DNA of 60,582 nucleotides, filler included, from Stramenopiles sp. TOSAG23-2 (Eukaryota): assembly GCA_900128395.1 (NCBI GenBank). It is 8 parts of 8 records of this genome, joined end to end, with 100 filler letters (N's around TTAATTAATTAA, not from the genome) between each part and the next. Parts side by side here need not be neighbours in the genome. Positions count along the whole stretch, not along the records: positions 38,459 to 47,900 come from LT650101.1; positions 48,001 to 57,442 come from LT650102.1; 6 more parts are not named here. The stretch is one strand, 5' to 3'. Of the stretch, positions 43,401 through 53,649 are shown piece by piece (the stretch's first letter is position 1; each line of letters opens with the position of its first letter). Below the pieces are notes generated by a model. The model saw only the letters and a list, made by a program, of their open reading frames with translations. It was not told the DNA's origin and made no database searches. A program made the translations under genes and the position numbers.

Positions 43401-43944
43401 ATTTTTCTTCTTCTTCAACACTAACTACTTTTTTACTATTATTAATATTATTTGTATTTTTTCGTTTACTTCGAATACTAGCAATATCTAATGAATTAAC
43501 ATCAGTGTCATCATTATCGTTATTATCCATTTCATCTTCTACTAATTTATTCAAAGCAACAACAGATGCTAATTTTGCCGTCCTTTGTGAATATACTTTT
43601 GACAATTGCCGTGCTTTTGATTTGCCAAGTTTATGTTTCATCCTATATTTTTCTAATTTTGCTTCAAGTGTTTTTATTCGAGCACGCAATTCAATTGTAT
43701 TATTTTCAACTGCTTCTTTAATTTTATGTGATCGCTTCGTTATTAAATTCTTTTTGTATATTTCCAATTCATTAATAGTCACTTGCAGTTTAGTTTCATT
43801 ATCTTTCTCTGCTTTTTTATTTGCATATGAATAAATCGTACGATATAAATACAATATTGATACAATTAATATTAGTTGTAATATTGCAATGTGATAAATA
43901 TATTGATGTATCAACATTTGTATTAAACTGAACATCATGAACAA
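40372..43944 (-). CDS. N-terminal TM + coiled coil + RCC1 repeats + Rab-GAP TBC domain protein (TBC1D12/14-like catalytic domain)
   Basis: RCC1 repeats (IACGSKHC..GDVFTWGLGSNGRLGL; IECGDSHT..VYSFGNGLNGRLGLG; IACGEYHS..VWTFGQN..GNLGLG); TBC motifs GIPQTLRGRVW, DLPRTF and GYVQGMSY; exact start uncertain (about 43917-43944). Confidence 0.9.
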   Translation of the reverse strand: MFMMFSLIQMLIHQYIYHIAILQLILIVSILYLYRTIYSYANKKAEKDNETKLQVTINELEIYKKNLITKRSHKIKEAVENNTIELRARIKTLEAKLEKYRMKHKLGKSKARQLSKVYSQRTAKLASVVALNKLVEDEMDNNDNDDTDVNSLDIASIRSKRKNTNNINNSKKVVSVEEEEKLIKKEEDLYYENRNSNRNSLTDEEINLQLQEELRKCEEVEAFLKESIHDPNSETSKIASISSLSLQSLGGELSIIRQQNSNNMKQKLYGVGLLPQKQDVSTSLDDFFTFGPLKDKDIAQFACSVKGENVLCLSTDSDLYWWIGDDNDATTTTTTNNNNNINNYSSGTNNNDINNINNNNSVHNNNNVKMPELVKTMALEKILHNRHIISIACGSKHCCVVCQSGDVFTWGLGSNGRLGLANHQEQSNQIVMQSNNNNNNNSNKDKNVNVNKFYVDKPHLVMSFMGKNVVQIECGDSHTLARTSEGNVYSFGNGLNGRLGLGHTRDQWEPKLISKFNTIKLASSSSKLLFPSFSKMIGVGVSSGSNNTAINKKKDKANVFVLKKTNKIIAAKIACGFRHSIIVDRENGFIYAFGYGGNGELAQGSILKDIQTPTVLHSDFTSKWKCKELSCGGQHTLAICQRSLFAATASSTTDGNRDDGNSKNNNNSNNDDDDTVHERNVLFSWGRGLEGQLGIAGISTSVPEQITLPGLEDDDAIVQIACGEYHSVVMTKKGLVWTFGQNTSGNLGLGHFRDTKYPTLMKAFQKGKFKKKSVITIKCSTSFTLFLCGDMEYYNDKRRETQMDSPTNTVLENLNNSTDNMLIDGMEEDGGTSNNEEDIEEMIHITASSSNDFNTPINPGGNNQKEVEKNFQVWEKKILPQWENSLKRNVNYMTLLRKYMFIGIPQTLRGRVWKLAIGNRLKVTKKLFEMLQKENNMANENDKNRMLATSTMIETNSFSSSFATTLGNDLPRTFAKLGLFGEQGAFHSELKEILEIYCKYRPDIGYVQGMSYIAALLCLYMPDTFSAFTCLANLLVSEHLFAFFMLDVNAISSHYPIFQSALEATTKSISKKFNELKIVPELYLFGWFQTLFARVLPLRVTSRVWDCFLLDGFPLLFRIGLCIILLLKPKLKLANTFEECYAIVNRKGEQNEAIWNDLITEKALFSKLKDIHIPKKNQIEITNLLSSRMH

Positions 43945-44424
43945 ATAATGTTGATATATCTATATATATGTATGGTGGTGTAAAATAAAATTGTTATTTA
44001 AAAATAATTTTTTCCCCCTCCACTTTTCTATTTCTATCTATCTATATGTACAAAAACCAAAATGGTTTTGTTTTCTTCTATGGTTAGTAAAAAAATTTTA
44101 TAATAAATGAATTTCAAAACTAAAAAAAAATAATACATTTTAACATACATATATACATGATGAAGAATGTGTTGAAAATTTGAAAATGGAAAAATCAATT
44201 TATTATAAAATTTTTTTACTAACCATAGAAGAAAACAAAACCATTTTGGTTTTTGTACATATAGATAGATAGAAATAGAAAAGTGGAGGGGGAAAAAATT
44301 ATTTTTAAATAACAATTTTATTTTACACCACCATACATATATATAGATATATCAACATTATTTGTTCATGATGTTCAGTTTAATACAAATGTTGATACAT
44401 CAATATATTTATCACATTGCAATA
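43882..44424. repeat. Perfect 227-bp inverted repeat (43882-44108 / 44198-44424) with 89-bp spacer
   Basis: Arms are exact reverse complements; both divergent ORFs start with the identical MFMMFSLIQMLIHQYIYHIAI. Confidence 0.93.
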
Positions 44425-44502
44425 ATTGTAACATTTCAAGAAGGATATAGTAAACTAAAATTATTCTTACATTTAAAAAAACAAGAAAAAAACATCATTA
44501 TT

Positions 44503-44871
44503 ATGGATGAGATACAAGATGTGGATATAGATTTTGAGAATGGATCGGAGGAATACAAAGCTAAATATGTATTGATCAAGATCACGTCACAACATGGAGA
44601 TTGTAAAACAATTGTAAGAGCTAATAAAATGGCTGGATACCACAAAGATATATACAACCCAGTTTCACAACAGATATCAAATAAATATAATTTTAAATGT
44701 GAGGTATGTGGAGGCGGCCGAGTTATGGTAATGAAACCTGCGAACAAAATCAAAGTATATGGTTATTCTGTTGATTTTGGCAAAGCTGATCATGAAAAAA
44801 CTGTAAATATGATAAAAGAAGTTGAAACATTCTCAAGTTGGGATATTTCATTTAGTGATGATGGGTATTGA
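44503..44871 (+). CDS. PHPT1: 14 kDa phosphohistidine phosphatase (Janus/Ocnus family)
   Basis: VDID...KYVLI...KTIVR...YHKDIY...CEVCGGGR...IKVYGYSVDFGKADH...SDDGY; likely ATG at 44503. Confidence 0.9.
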   Translation: MDEIQDVDIDFENGSEEYKAKYVLIKITSQHGDCKTIVRANKMAGYHKDIYNPVSQQISNKYNFKCEVCGGGRVMVMKPANKIKVYGYSVDFGKADHEKTVNMIKEVETFSSWDISFSDDGY

Positions 44872-44973
44872 TCTTTGGAGTGGTGTTTACACCCCCGCGC
44901 CGTATTTTTATAAATATTTCTAGAGTTTTTTATTTTTATGTGTGTAAATAATTATTTTTCATCTCATCAATTT

Positions 44974-47745
44974 TTAATAATTCTCATCCCCGATTAAATA
45001 TTCTGGATTCAATGTTAATTTTTTCCTTTTCTTCTTCTTTACAGCAATTGTATCATCATCCTCACCAGTACCATTCGATGTTTTTTCCACAGCATCATCA
45101 CCACTTACATCATCTCGCAAAATTTTACTCAATGTGACAAAATTTGTTAAATTGTTTTTCTTTTTAAAATTATAATGCGCATTGTACAAGTCATTTTTTA
45201 AATTATCAAATATTTTTGTCTGACAAGTTTTATATTGATCAACAGCTTTTTTTAATAATTCAATTGCAGATTTAATAATATCTGTTGCGTCCCCTTTCTC
45301 ATTTTCCTCTGTTTCTACACTTTTTGCAAATTCACAATATAAAAATGTTTTTGGTGGTTGTTGATCAAATACATAAAAATGTTTAAAACGTGCATTATAA
45401 CGATGTTCTGGTGACCCAAACGAAAATTTATTTTTACGTATATCCTCTGTCAATCCAGCCTTACGTAATCCAATTAATGCTTCATATAGACCTGATGTTT
45501 CTGCTCTTTTTGCATGTAAATAATTCAGCATGTAGACATGGTACGGTGTTGCTGCACGTTCCGCCGGTTGTTTATTTGGCTTCTTCTTCTTCTTTTTCTT
45601 CTTTTTCTTTTTTACATTATTATCATTATCATTGCTTTCCGGGACTTTTTTACCACCAAATGCTTTAAAAACTTCATTTTTATACTTTCCAGTTGGGTTG
45701 TTAAATTCATTTCTTCTATACATACCAACGCATGCAGTAATATTTTGACTAGCAGTATTTAACAATTGCTCCATGTACCATAGGACGCTTATGTTATCCT
45801 CAATGTTGTACAAATTATTACCAACACCAAGCTCTAATTGATGTATCATCATAAACAGCCCACGTGATAATACCCAGCTACCAAAGCGATTGATATAGTT
45901 GTGCGCAACTTGTAATGGAACATTGTACAATACTAATAACTGCTCATCATGAAAATCGGCATGATATTGTAAATTTCCCCAATCTTTTAACACTTTAATC
46001 AAACGCCTATGTTGCCTAGCTGGTCCTAGACACATTACACGCCAATAATAAATCAAACTATTGCAAATTGCTGTCAAACATGGTATTCCTTCCTCTTTAT
46101 TATCGGTCATCCAATTTGGAACACCGAAGGATTGCAATGATGCCAAAGCAATGCCAGTAATGGAACCTAAACCAAATATATTTGTTTTAATTTTTAACAT
46201 GGATGATAAAAATGTCCGTACAATAATATCACAATTACGCCTAGCAATTTCCTGTAAAAACAAATCCAAATGCGTTAATGGGTCAATTAAATCAATCGAT
46301 GGAAATCTAGTTGGTCTAGTCTGTTTATTATATTGATCAATAGCTTTTCTATATCTCGATACAGTTGATAAATTTCTTTTCGGTCCATTTAACACAAATA
46401 CAATATCATTCATAGATTTCAAAAATATAGTACATGCTTCATGCAATTTAATAGGTTCAAATGAATGCGGTGGTGCATGGGGCATAACTTCTGCTGCTAA
46501 TGCAGTATCAAATGCTAATTTCAATATAGTTTGTTCAACGATAGAAGGTTTTGATTTTGAATTTTTATTAGATGTGACAACACTAGAGGATGCTGTATCC
46601 TCTCGAATTTTCGTATTTTTGTTGTTGCCATTATTATTATTAGTAGTATTATTATCATCATCTTCAGGTGATTTTGTAATTGGCCAAATTTCTTTTTCAT
46701 TGAAATCTTTCGATTCTAATATTGAATTTAAATGCTGTGCACATGTTTCAAAATGATCTAATGATTTTGTTAATATTTTTTCATCACTCACTACATCATT
46801 TGCATCTAGCATATTATGATATCCTTGAAACAATTCCAAACGAAACCGTATGCGTTTAACAATACCATCCCATAACAATTTTGATGTATCAATGATGGTA
46901 TCAGTATTGCCTTTGACATCCATCAAAGGGGGCATGTCATCATCGCTACTACTATATTTGAGTGAAGATAATTCAGCTATTTTTAATAAATTCACTAAAG
47001 TTTTCTCATCAACATCATCTGCCATATAAACATTGTATGATCTAGGATGGAAATCATCTTCTTCATATATATCTACTTGTAAGACTTTGTCTTGAATAAT
47101 TTTCGCTGTTTTAATTACAGCTACCATATATGCATGTAAAACACGTGCTAATGTGACTTCAATACTTTCCGTAATTGTCGCATTATCACTAATTTTTAAA
47201 TTTGCTAATGTAAGCGCTGCGTTTGTACCATCATCTTTATTATTATTATTGTTCTTGTTGTTTTTCGTATCATTATTTGATGTTATTTCTGATTTTGTCT
47301 TACTTCCTGCATAAAATTGTTCTTGTAACTTTGCTAATACTTCCTTTTGCGCATAAAAACACGTATTCAATGTTTGTGCATACGAAGTTCCTTGGAAAAA
47401 ATGTAAAATTTCATATCCTAAAACCATATCCATAACACGTATTGTTTCTATTAATGATAAATTTAATTTAATTTGCTCTTTCTCCAATCTTTCTTTCGTT
47501 GGTACAATATGGACCCTATCCATGCCTAAATCCATCTTTGGATCCATTAGTTCAGTCGCTGACATAGCATGAAACAAGTTAAAACTCGTTTCATCATGAA
47601 CCATTTCACCAACTTTCAATTCATTTGTCATTTGTTTTAATACATTATCAATGGAGGTCCAAGCATCTTTTTGTATCGTTGATGGGTTTTTATTATTTGT
47701 TTTTTGTAATGGTGGAAGATTATTATTGGTAGTAGTAGTAGCCAT
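44974..47745 (-). CDS. NAA35: NatC N-acetyltransferase auxiliary subunit (Mak10)
   Basis: LKVGEMVHDETSFNLFHAMSATELMDPKMDLGM, AQTLNTCFY, YEEDDF and EHRYNARFKHF. Confidence 0.92.
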   Translation of the reverse strand: MATTTTNNNLPPLQKTNNKNPSTIQKDAWTSIDNVLKQMTNELKVGEMVHDETSFNLFHAMSATELMDPKMDLGMDRVHIVPTKERLEKEQIKLNLSLIETIRVMDMVLGYEILHFFQGTSYAQTLNTCFYAQKEVLAKLQEQFYAGSKTKSEITSNNDTKNNKNNNNNKDDGTNAALTLANLKISDNATITESIEVTLARVLHAYMVAVIKTAKIIQDKVLQVDIYEEDDFHPRSYNVYMADDVDEKTLVNLLKIAELSSLKYSSSDDDMPPLMDVKGNTDTIIDTSKLLWDGIVKRIRFRLELFQGYHNMLDANDVVSDEKILTKSLDHFETCAQHLNSILESKDFNEKEIWPITKSPEDDDNNTTNNNNGNNKNTKIREDTASSSVVTSNKNSKSKPSIVEQTILKLAFDTALAAEVMPHAPPHSFEPIKLHEACTIFLKSMNDIVFVLNGPKRNLSTVSRYRKAIDQYNKQTRPTRFPSIDLIDPLTHLDLFLQEIARRNCDIIVRTFLSSMLKIKTNIFGLGSITGIALASLQSFGVPNWMTDNKEEGIPCLTAICNSLIYYWRVMCLGPARQHRRLIKVLKDWGNLQYHADFHDEQLLVLYNVPLQVAHNYINRFGSWVLSRGLFMMIHQLELGVGNNLYNIEDNISVLWYMEQLLNTASQNITACVGMYRRNEFNNPTGKYKNEVFKAFGGKKVPESNDNDNNVKKKKKKKKKKKPNKQPAERAATPYHVYMLNYLHAKRAETSGLYEALIGLRKAGLTEDIRKNKFSFGSPEHRYNARFKHFYVFDQQPPKTFLYCEFAKSVETEENEKGDATDIIKSAIELLKKAVDQYKTCQTKIFDNLKNDLYNAHYNFKKKNNLTNFVTLSKILRDDVSGDDAVEKTSNGTGEDDDTIAVKKKKRKKLTLNPEYLIGDENY

Positions 47746-47900
47746 GGTAATATGTACCTATATATATGTGTGTGTGTGTGTGAATGTATAAGATGTTGTC
47801 ACTATTTGCATATATATTTCTAATAATATGATATTTTTGATTCTACTGTAATTTGTTTTGTTCTACATGTCGTCTAGCTCGGTTTTGGCAATAGCAATAT

Positions 47901-48000
47901 NNNNNNNNNNNNNNNNNNNNNNNNNNNNNNNNNNNNNNNNNNNNTTAATTAATTAANNNNNNNNNNNNNNNNNNNNNNNNNNNNNNNNNNNNNNNNNNNN
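47901..48000. other. Artificial contig linker
   Basis: N-TTAATTAATTAA-N, 100 bp. Confidence 0.97.
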
Positions 48001-48453
48001 AAATTTTGTAGTCTAAGAGGTATTTTTTTGATATTTCACTTAAAACTTAATTAGAGGGATTTTTTATCAATCGAAGTAGAATTGATACTCTTTCTGTTTA
48101 GGGACTTTGTACTAACGCTGTGTCGATGGTAAATTAGTATGGCAGTAGGCCTTCCAAAAGTTTTTACAGGGTAAATTATTTTCACCACCCTATCTATATT
48201 GTACTAATTTATATACTAGTTTGTTAATCGTTTTTTTGTACTAGTGATAGGTGAAACTTATTTTTAGAATACTGGATAGAAAAAATGAAACTAATTATTA
48301 TAGAATTATAGATAGTAGAAATGCGTTACAAACGAATAATATCAATACTACCTTTACACAAACCAACCGTATACCAAAAAAAAAAAGAAAGGACAAGCAC
48401 ACGAATAATGATTACAAAAAAACATCAAAGAGACATATCATTCAAATATAAAA

Positions 48454-49251
48454 ATGGAACTAAAGCCATATTTTGGTTTGAGTAAAAATGGTTTAAACTT
48501 ACTGAAACGTGATCATCATAAAAAGCTGGATACCATGGTATCACACGTTGATAATCAGCCTTTTGTTTTACCAGAGTCAAGTCCAATTTATCATAAAGTT
48601 TCACACCCAATTAGCAATACTAGAAAAAATAAGAAGAAAAATAGTAAAAAATACATTGTAAAAAAGCAAACATCAAATGAAGAAGACAAAATAAATGAAG
48701 AAGAAGAAGTAGTGGAAATAGCAAATATAATTGAAAATATTGAAAAACAAATCCATAATGAAACAAAACACATTCTAATTGAACCTCAACAAATAAGTTA
48801 TTATGATACAGCTGTCACGTCTCGCTTAAAAATAAATAATACAGAGTTAGAAAATCGTTCACTATTAGACCGCGATCAAATAGCAATCAATTCAAGCGTT
48901 CTAAACAAATCTTCGTCATCCACATCTTCATCTTCTCATAGAAGCAATTACAGTAATGAAAATTTCGAGCAAAAAAATAAAAGTATTGCCAACAACCATA
49001 ATATTCAAGGAAGTAAAAAATACAAACGCTTAAAAAATGAGAAAAATCGTAGAAAAATCGAAAAATGGCAACAAGCCTTCGAAATGAATGGTATCATTGC
49101 TAATAAAGAAGATCTAAAAGTATATCAACAATTTATCAAATTATTGGTCAAAGTACCAACATCATCAAATCGTATAAATATAATTGAAATGGCATTGGAT
49201 GATGCATCTATTGCTGAAGGAGAAGCATTATTGATGAGTGACTTTTGTTAA
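48454..49251 (+). CDS. Hypothetical protein; true start may lie upstream across a homopolymer frameshift
   Basis: 265-aa ORF, low complexity with a helical C-terminus; upstream ORF 48251-48451 abuts it. Confidence 0.55.
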   Translation: MELKPYFGLSKNGLNLLKRDHHKKLDTMVSHVDNQPFVLPESSPIYHKVSHPISNTRKNKKKNSKKYIVKKQTSNEEDKINEEEEVVEIANIIENIEKQIHNETKHILIEPQQISYYDTAVTSRLKINNTELENRSLLDRDQIAINSSVLNKSSSSTSSSSHRSNYSNENFEQKNKSIANNHNIQGSKKYKRLKNEKNRRKIEKWQQAFEMNGIIANKEDLKVYQQFIKLLVKVPTSSNRINIIEMALDDASIAEGEALLMSDFC

Positions 49252-49644
49252 ATATAATTTATTAAATAAATAATTTATGATAATAAAAATAATAATAAAT
49301 AATAGACTATAGCACTATAATTATAATAATAAAAAAAAAACCCCAATTATTTGTGCATTTCTAGACTTTATTGTATCTTTAATATACAAAATTCATACCT
49401 AAATATTTACCTATTATAATAAAGTTTCCAGTGTTTGTTGTTGTTGTGTTTTCTGCTGTTTGTTGGCACTTCTTTGTTTATTATAATAATAATAATATAC
49501 AATATGTGCCGTTATATTTATTATTATTCTTATTTGTATCATAGTACTATATATAGTATCTATAACCACCAAACAAAATGTATTTCAAAGATTTATATAC
49601 AACTATACAAAACATAACAATCGCTATACGCACCGTACAATACA

Positions 49645-52600
49645 ATGTCGAAAGAGTTATTACCATACAAACAGCTATTTAAGTTAATAGATCATACTAA
49701 TAGGGGTTATGTAACATTGAAACAAATACGAAATGCAATCTTACAACCAACGGAGAGAAATACTAGAGTAACGTGTAATATATACAATCATTGTATATTG
49801 ATAGAACCACGTATATTCATATTCATGCTAGATCTAGAGTTCATACAAAGCCAGTTATTGGAATATTCGTCTTATTACCTGAAGCTAGAAGATTTTGTAG
49901 ATTTTATGGTTAAATTATATAATATGTATAAAACAAAATGTGACAATTATGTAAACGAATTGTATGATATTTGCAATAAAATAATTATAGAAGAAGAACA
50001 AAAAAAAGATTCGGATGATTCAGACAGTGAAGATGAGGATGAAAGAAAAAGAAATTATGGCAAGGAAAAGCAACCTCAACCAAAGGATACGATTGAATGG
50101 CACAAATTTAAATCATTAGTAACAAAAAATAAGGTCGTAAAAGAAAAAATACAAGAAGCTACTAATGTTGCATATAGATTTATCAGTCAACCAAGATTTT
50201 ATGCTGATAAATGGTTCAAACAATATATATCAAAAGAGCAGCTGGTTCAATTCCTAGATCGTAGTAGATTCGATATATTAAGCTTACGTACAAATATACT
50301 GAAACAAGTCCATGCTACAATTAATAAAATCTGTAAAACTGTTGATGATAAACACATAGAGAAAATAGTTGCAGTAAACGCATTAACAAAAGATCGACAA
50401 GTACATAAATTGCTACAAAAAGCACCAGGTATGCAAATTTTTTCATTACCAAATTTAACTTCCGAGTATATCAAAGAATACCCAACAAAACGCAGTGGTG
50501 AGATGAATATAATTGAATTTTTGCAAGCTATGGATAATGTTGAAAGCACTCGTTTCAGAAAAGTAGATTTAAGACGCTTCTACGACAAGTTTGATATAAA
50601 CGTAGAAACTGGTTGTGTCGATCGCACTGAAGTAATCCAATGCTTAAAAGATCTTAATAGACAAAGATATGAGGCGCACAAAGAAATACTTGTAATTACT
50701 AAAAGATTTCCTGTATTATTTTACAGAGATGTTATTGTTGATAAAATGAGAGAATTAGATACGTATATAATGGGTGAAGTATCATTTGAAGAATTTTTCA
50801 AATTTGCACAAGAACTTGATTTTGAACATAAAGATAGATTAACAATAGAAAAAAGTTTCAATTATATACATAACCATATAGAAGATCATCATCGAAGTGT
50901 TCTAGATAAAGGTAAAAAAGATCATCACAATGCACAACGAATACAAAAAGACAGTGTGGTAGCATTTTTTACGGATACAGATACAATACGAGAAGAATTC
51001 ATTGATGAACTTAGCTCCGAACGCAAAGTATTTGAATTTTTCTTAAATGTCAAAGATATAGCAACACAATATATCTATAATTATCATACAAAAAAAGGTG
51101 ATTCTTTTTCATTCGAAGAATATACAGAATGTATGTTTATTATACGTGAGAATTATTTACATCGAATGGCATGTTTTGAGTTGTTTCGTTCATTGAATGA
51201 TAAAGCACTGTTAGAAAGCAAAACAAGCGATGATGTTGATGAAAAGAAAGATGATGATTCAAATACAACTGCTGACGAAATATTTATATCATATTCAATG
51301 TTAAAAAATGCAATAAATGATGAATGGGAATCATTTCCAACATGTCGTAGTATCATAACTGACCATATCAATATGCTTGGTCTTCTATTAGATAACTCAC
51401 GTTTATCATTAAATCATACATTTTTTCACATTACAAAAAAAGAAATAGAAGAGGTGATACGAGACATCAAGAAGAAAAAAGAAAAGAGAAAAATGATGCA
51501 AAAAATGATGCAAGGATTTACATTCGATCGATTTTGTAACTACATATTGAATTTGTACGAAACGACCAAGGAACGACAACTTTGTATCCAGCTATACGAT
51601 GGATTGGCATTGGCAATACCACAAGATGCTGAAACAAAAATGAATGGGCAAACATTCTTTGGTGGAGCCAATGATGGTGATGACGGAGAAGATGATGATA
51701 CTATCAAAATTCCAAAAGAAATTAACATTGAAGCATTTAAATTGTTTTTCTCAGATAAAAAATATGCTAACATGCGTTATGAAATAGGCAAAGAATTTCG
51801 AAACAATGAATTTCCTAATTTATTATTGCATCCAGAAATTATATTTCAATATATGGAATATCGTGAAATAAATGTTGTGACATGGATGCAATTTTTTGAA
51901 ATAGTATCAGATCTTTTGAAAACATATCGTAATCGTATCATTTTACATGAAATATATAGCAATATCAAAGAAAAGGCAAACCAAACATTGTTTCCCCAAT
52001 TATTATTTGATGGTATACAGGAAAATCATCTATTAGTCTCAAAAGTTGATAAATGCAATATAATACAACAGAGCAACTTATATTCAGAAGGTTTATTAGA
52101 AATTCATAATGGATTACGAAAACCTGTTTCGTACGAGCAATTTTATAATTTCATCGAAAGTAAACAACCACAATTAAAATATCGTAGAATTTTACGTGTC
52201 TTATTTGATTTAATAGATGATGATAACAGTGAATCAATTGATAAACGCGAAGTTTTAAGAGCATTTCTTAGGAATAATAAAGTTAGAGACATATTATTGA
52301 AAATGGAATCTTTACAAGTTCTACAAAAGCCAGAATTATTTGAACAGGCATTTTTAGCAATGGATACAAGTGGTGATGGCGAAGTAAGTTTCGAAGAATT
52401 TGTCACATTTGCACTTGCCTCTCAGGCTGAAAATGATGCAAAAATGGCACAAAGGAAAAAACACGGAGGAAGCGATGAAAGTAAATACGATGATGAAAAT
52501 CCACACGCAAAAGCATTGAAGCAAATACAAGAGGAAGTGAAGCAAATGTCTGAAAAACTCAATGCGGATGAAATCATTGTCAAAACGAAGAAAGATGAAT

Positions 52601-53649
52601 ATGAAAAAGCAAAGGATGACCTTCGAATTTTAATGGAAGATTTGCAAATAAAAGAAAATCAATTTAGAGGATTGAAAAAAGCAGCAGCAATAGCTGCAGG
52701 TGAAGATGTTGATGATAGTGAAGATGATGCGGATACACCACGTGATATGTGGGATGTTCTGAGACAGCAAAAAGGCGATGATGCCGATATGGTTCGTGAT
52801 AAAATGTACGAAGGTCCATATGGCATCGATGAAGCCAATGAGTCAACAACAGTTATTTATGAAGAATTACATGGATTGCAAGAATTATTTGACAACATGT
52901 GGGAATCTGTTACTGGAAATAAACCGAAAGATCCATATGAATATATGATACAAAATTTAAGAGGCTTTCAAGCATCGCGCCGAGTTAAACTTGGTATCGA
53001 TTTAACGTTGCGAGATGTTAATGATCATTTAGATAAAAACTTACGGGAACAGCTGTGGATTGCATGTAGAGATGATAAGCCACAACTTATACAACAAGCA
53101 ATGGAGGTACATGAAATCAATCAAAATCATAGATGTTTCTACGTTGATATGCATAATTTACGACTTGGTGACGAATGTCCAGGTTATGGATACGAACTAG
53201 AACCAAGTTATCATAAAGGATACGATTCAACTTGTTTACATGTTAGTGCATGGTTTGGCAGCAATAACTGCGTCAAGTTTTTAATTGATAATTTTGCAGA
53301 TACATCAATTGTGGATATAATGCGACGATCACCAATAGATGTTGCAAAAAATGATCCATGCAAATTGCTATTGCATCACGGATACCAACGCAACAACTGG
53401 TCAGAGTATCATAATCCAATGATACCAGTGAAACGCGAAGCCTTGCAAACACACTGGAGGAAGAAAAAAGCACATCAAGGAACTAAATGGAAAAGGAGAT
53501 TCGATGATCGTCAAGATCGTTACCAGGAAGACAAATTGCTTCAACCACCGGAAGGAGTAACGATTGAACAACATAACTCTATCACATGGTTAACAGGTGA
53601 GAAGAAAATAGAGGTAAATAAAAGTGGTAAAAAAGAAGTGAAAAAATAA
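49645..53649 (+). CDS. Large EF-hand protein with coiled coil, Dpy-30/RIIa-like motif and ankyrin repeats
   Basis: Canonical EF loops DDDNSESIDKRE and DTSGDGEVSFEE plus several degenerate ones; LQELFDNMWESVTGNKPKDPYEYMIQNL; ankyrin TCLHVSAWFGSNNCVKFLIDNFAD...SPIDVA. Confidence 0.85.
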   Translation: MSKELLPYKQLFKLIDHTNRGYVTLKQIRNAILQPTERNTRVTCNIYNHCILIEPRIFIFMLDLEFIQSQLLEYSSYYLKLEDFVDFMVKLYNMYKTKCDNYVNELYDICNKIIIEEEQKKDSDDSDSEDEDERKRNYGKEKQPQPKDTIEWHKFKSLVTKNKVVKEKIQEATNVAYRFISQPRFYADKWFKQYISKEQLVQFLDRSRFDILSLRTNILKQVHATINKICKTVDDKHIEKIVAVNALTKDRQVHKLLQKAPGMQIFSLPNLTSEYIKEYPTKRSGEMNIIEFLQAMDNVESTRFRKVDLRRFYDKFDINVETGCVDRTEVIQCLKDLNRQRYEAHKEILVITKRFPVLFYRDVIVDKMRELDTYIMGEVSFEEFFKFAQELDFEHKDRLTIEKSFNYIHNHIEDHHRSVLDKGKKDHHNAQRIQKDSVVAFFTDTDTIREEFIDELSSERKVFEFFLNVKDIATQYIYNYHTKKGDSFSFEEYTECMFIIRENYLHRMACFELFRSLNDKALLESKTSDDVDEKKDDDSNTTADEIFISYSMLKNAINDEWESFPTCRSIITDHINMLGLLLDNSRLSLNHTFFHITKKEIEEVIRDIKKKKEKRKMMQKMMQGFTFDRFCNYILNLYETTKERQLCIQLYDGLALAIPQDAETKMNGQTFFGGANDGDDGEDDDTIKIPKEINIEAFKLFFSDKKYANMRYEIGKEFRNNEFPNLLLHPEIIFQYMEYREINVVTWMQFFEIVSDLLKTYRNRIILHEIYSNIKEKANQTLFPQLLFDGIQENHLLVSKVDKCNIIQQSNLYSEGLLEIHNGLRKPVSYEQFYNFIESKQPQLKYRRILRVLFDLIDDDNSESIDKREVLRAFLRNNKVRDILLKMESLQVLQKPELFEQAFLAMDTSGDGEVSFEEFVTFALASQAENDAKMAQRKKHGGSDESKYDDENPHAKALKQIQEEVKQMSEKLNADEIIVKTKKDEYEKAKDDLRILMEDLQIKENQFRGLKKAAAIAAGEDVDDSEDDADTPRDMWDVLRQQKGDDADMVRDKMYEGPYGIDEANESTTVIYEELHGLQELFDNMWESVTGNKPKDPYEYMIQNLRGFQASRRVKLGIDLTLRDVNDHLDKNLREQLWIACRDDKPQLIQQAMEVHEINQNHRCFYVDMHNLRLGDECPGYGYELEPSYHKGYDSTCLHVSAWFGSNNCVKFLIDNFADTSIVDIMRRSPIDVAKNDPCKLLLHHGYQRNNWSEYHNPMIPVKREALQTHWRKKKAHQGTKWKRRFDDRQDRYQEDKLLQPPEGVTIEQHNSITWLTGEKKIEVNKSGKKEVKK

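Noticed and set aside
44362-44502. N-terminal extension of PHPT1 as annotated in the ORF track
   Set aside because: Derives partly from the inverted repeat arm; family similarity starts at ATG 44503
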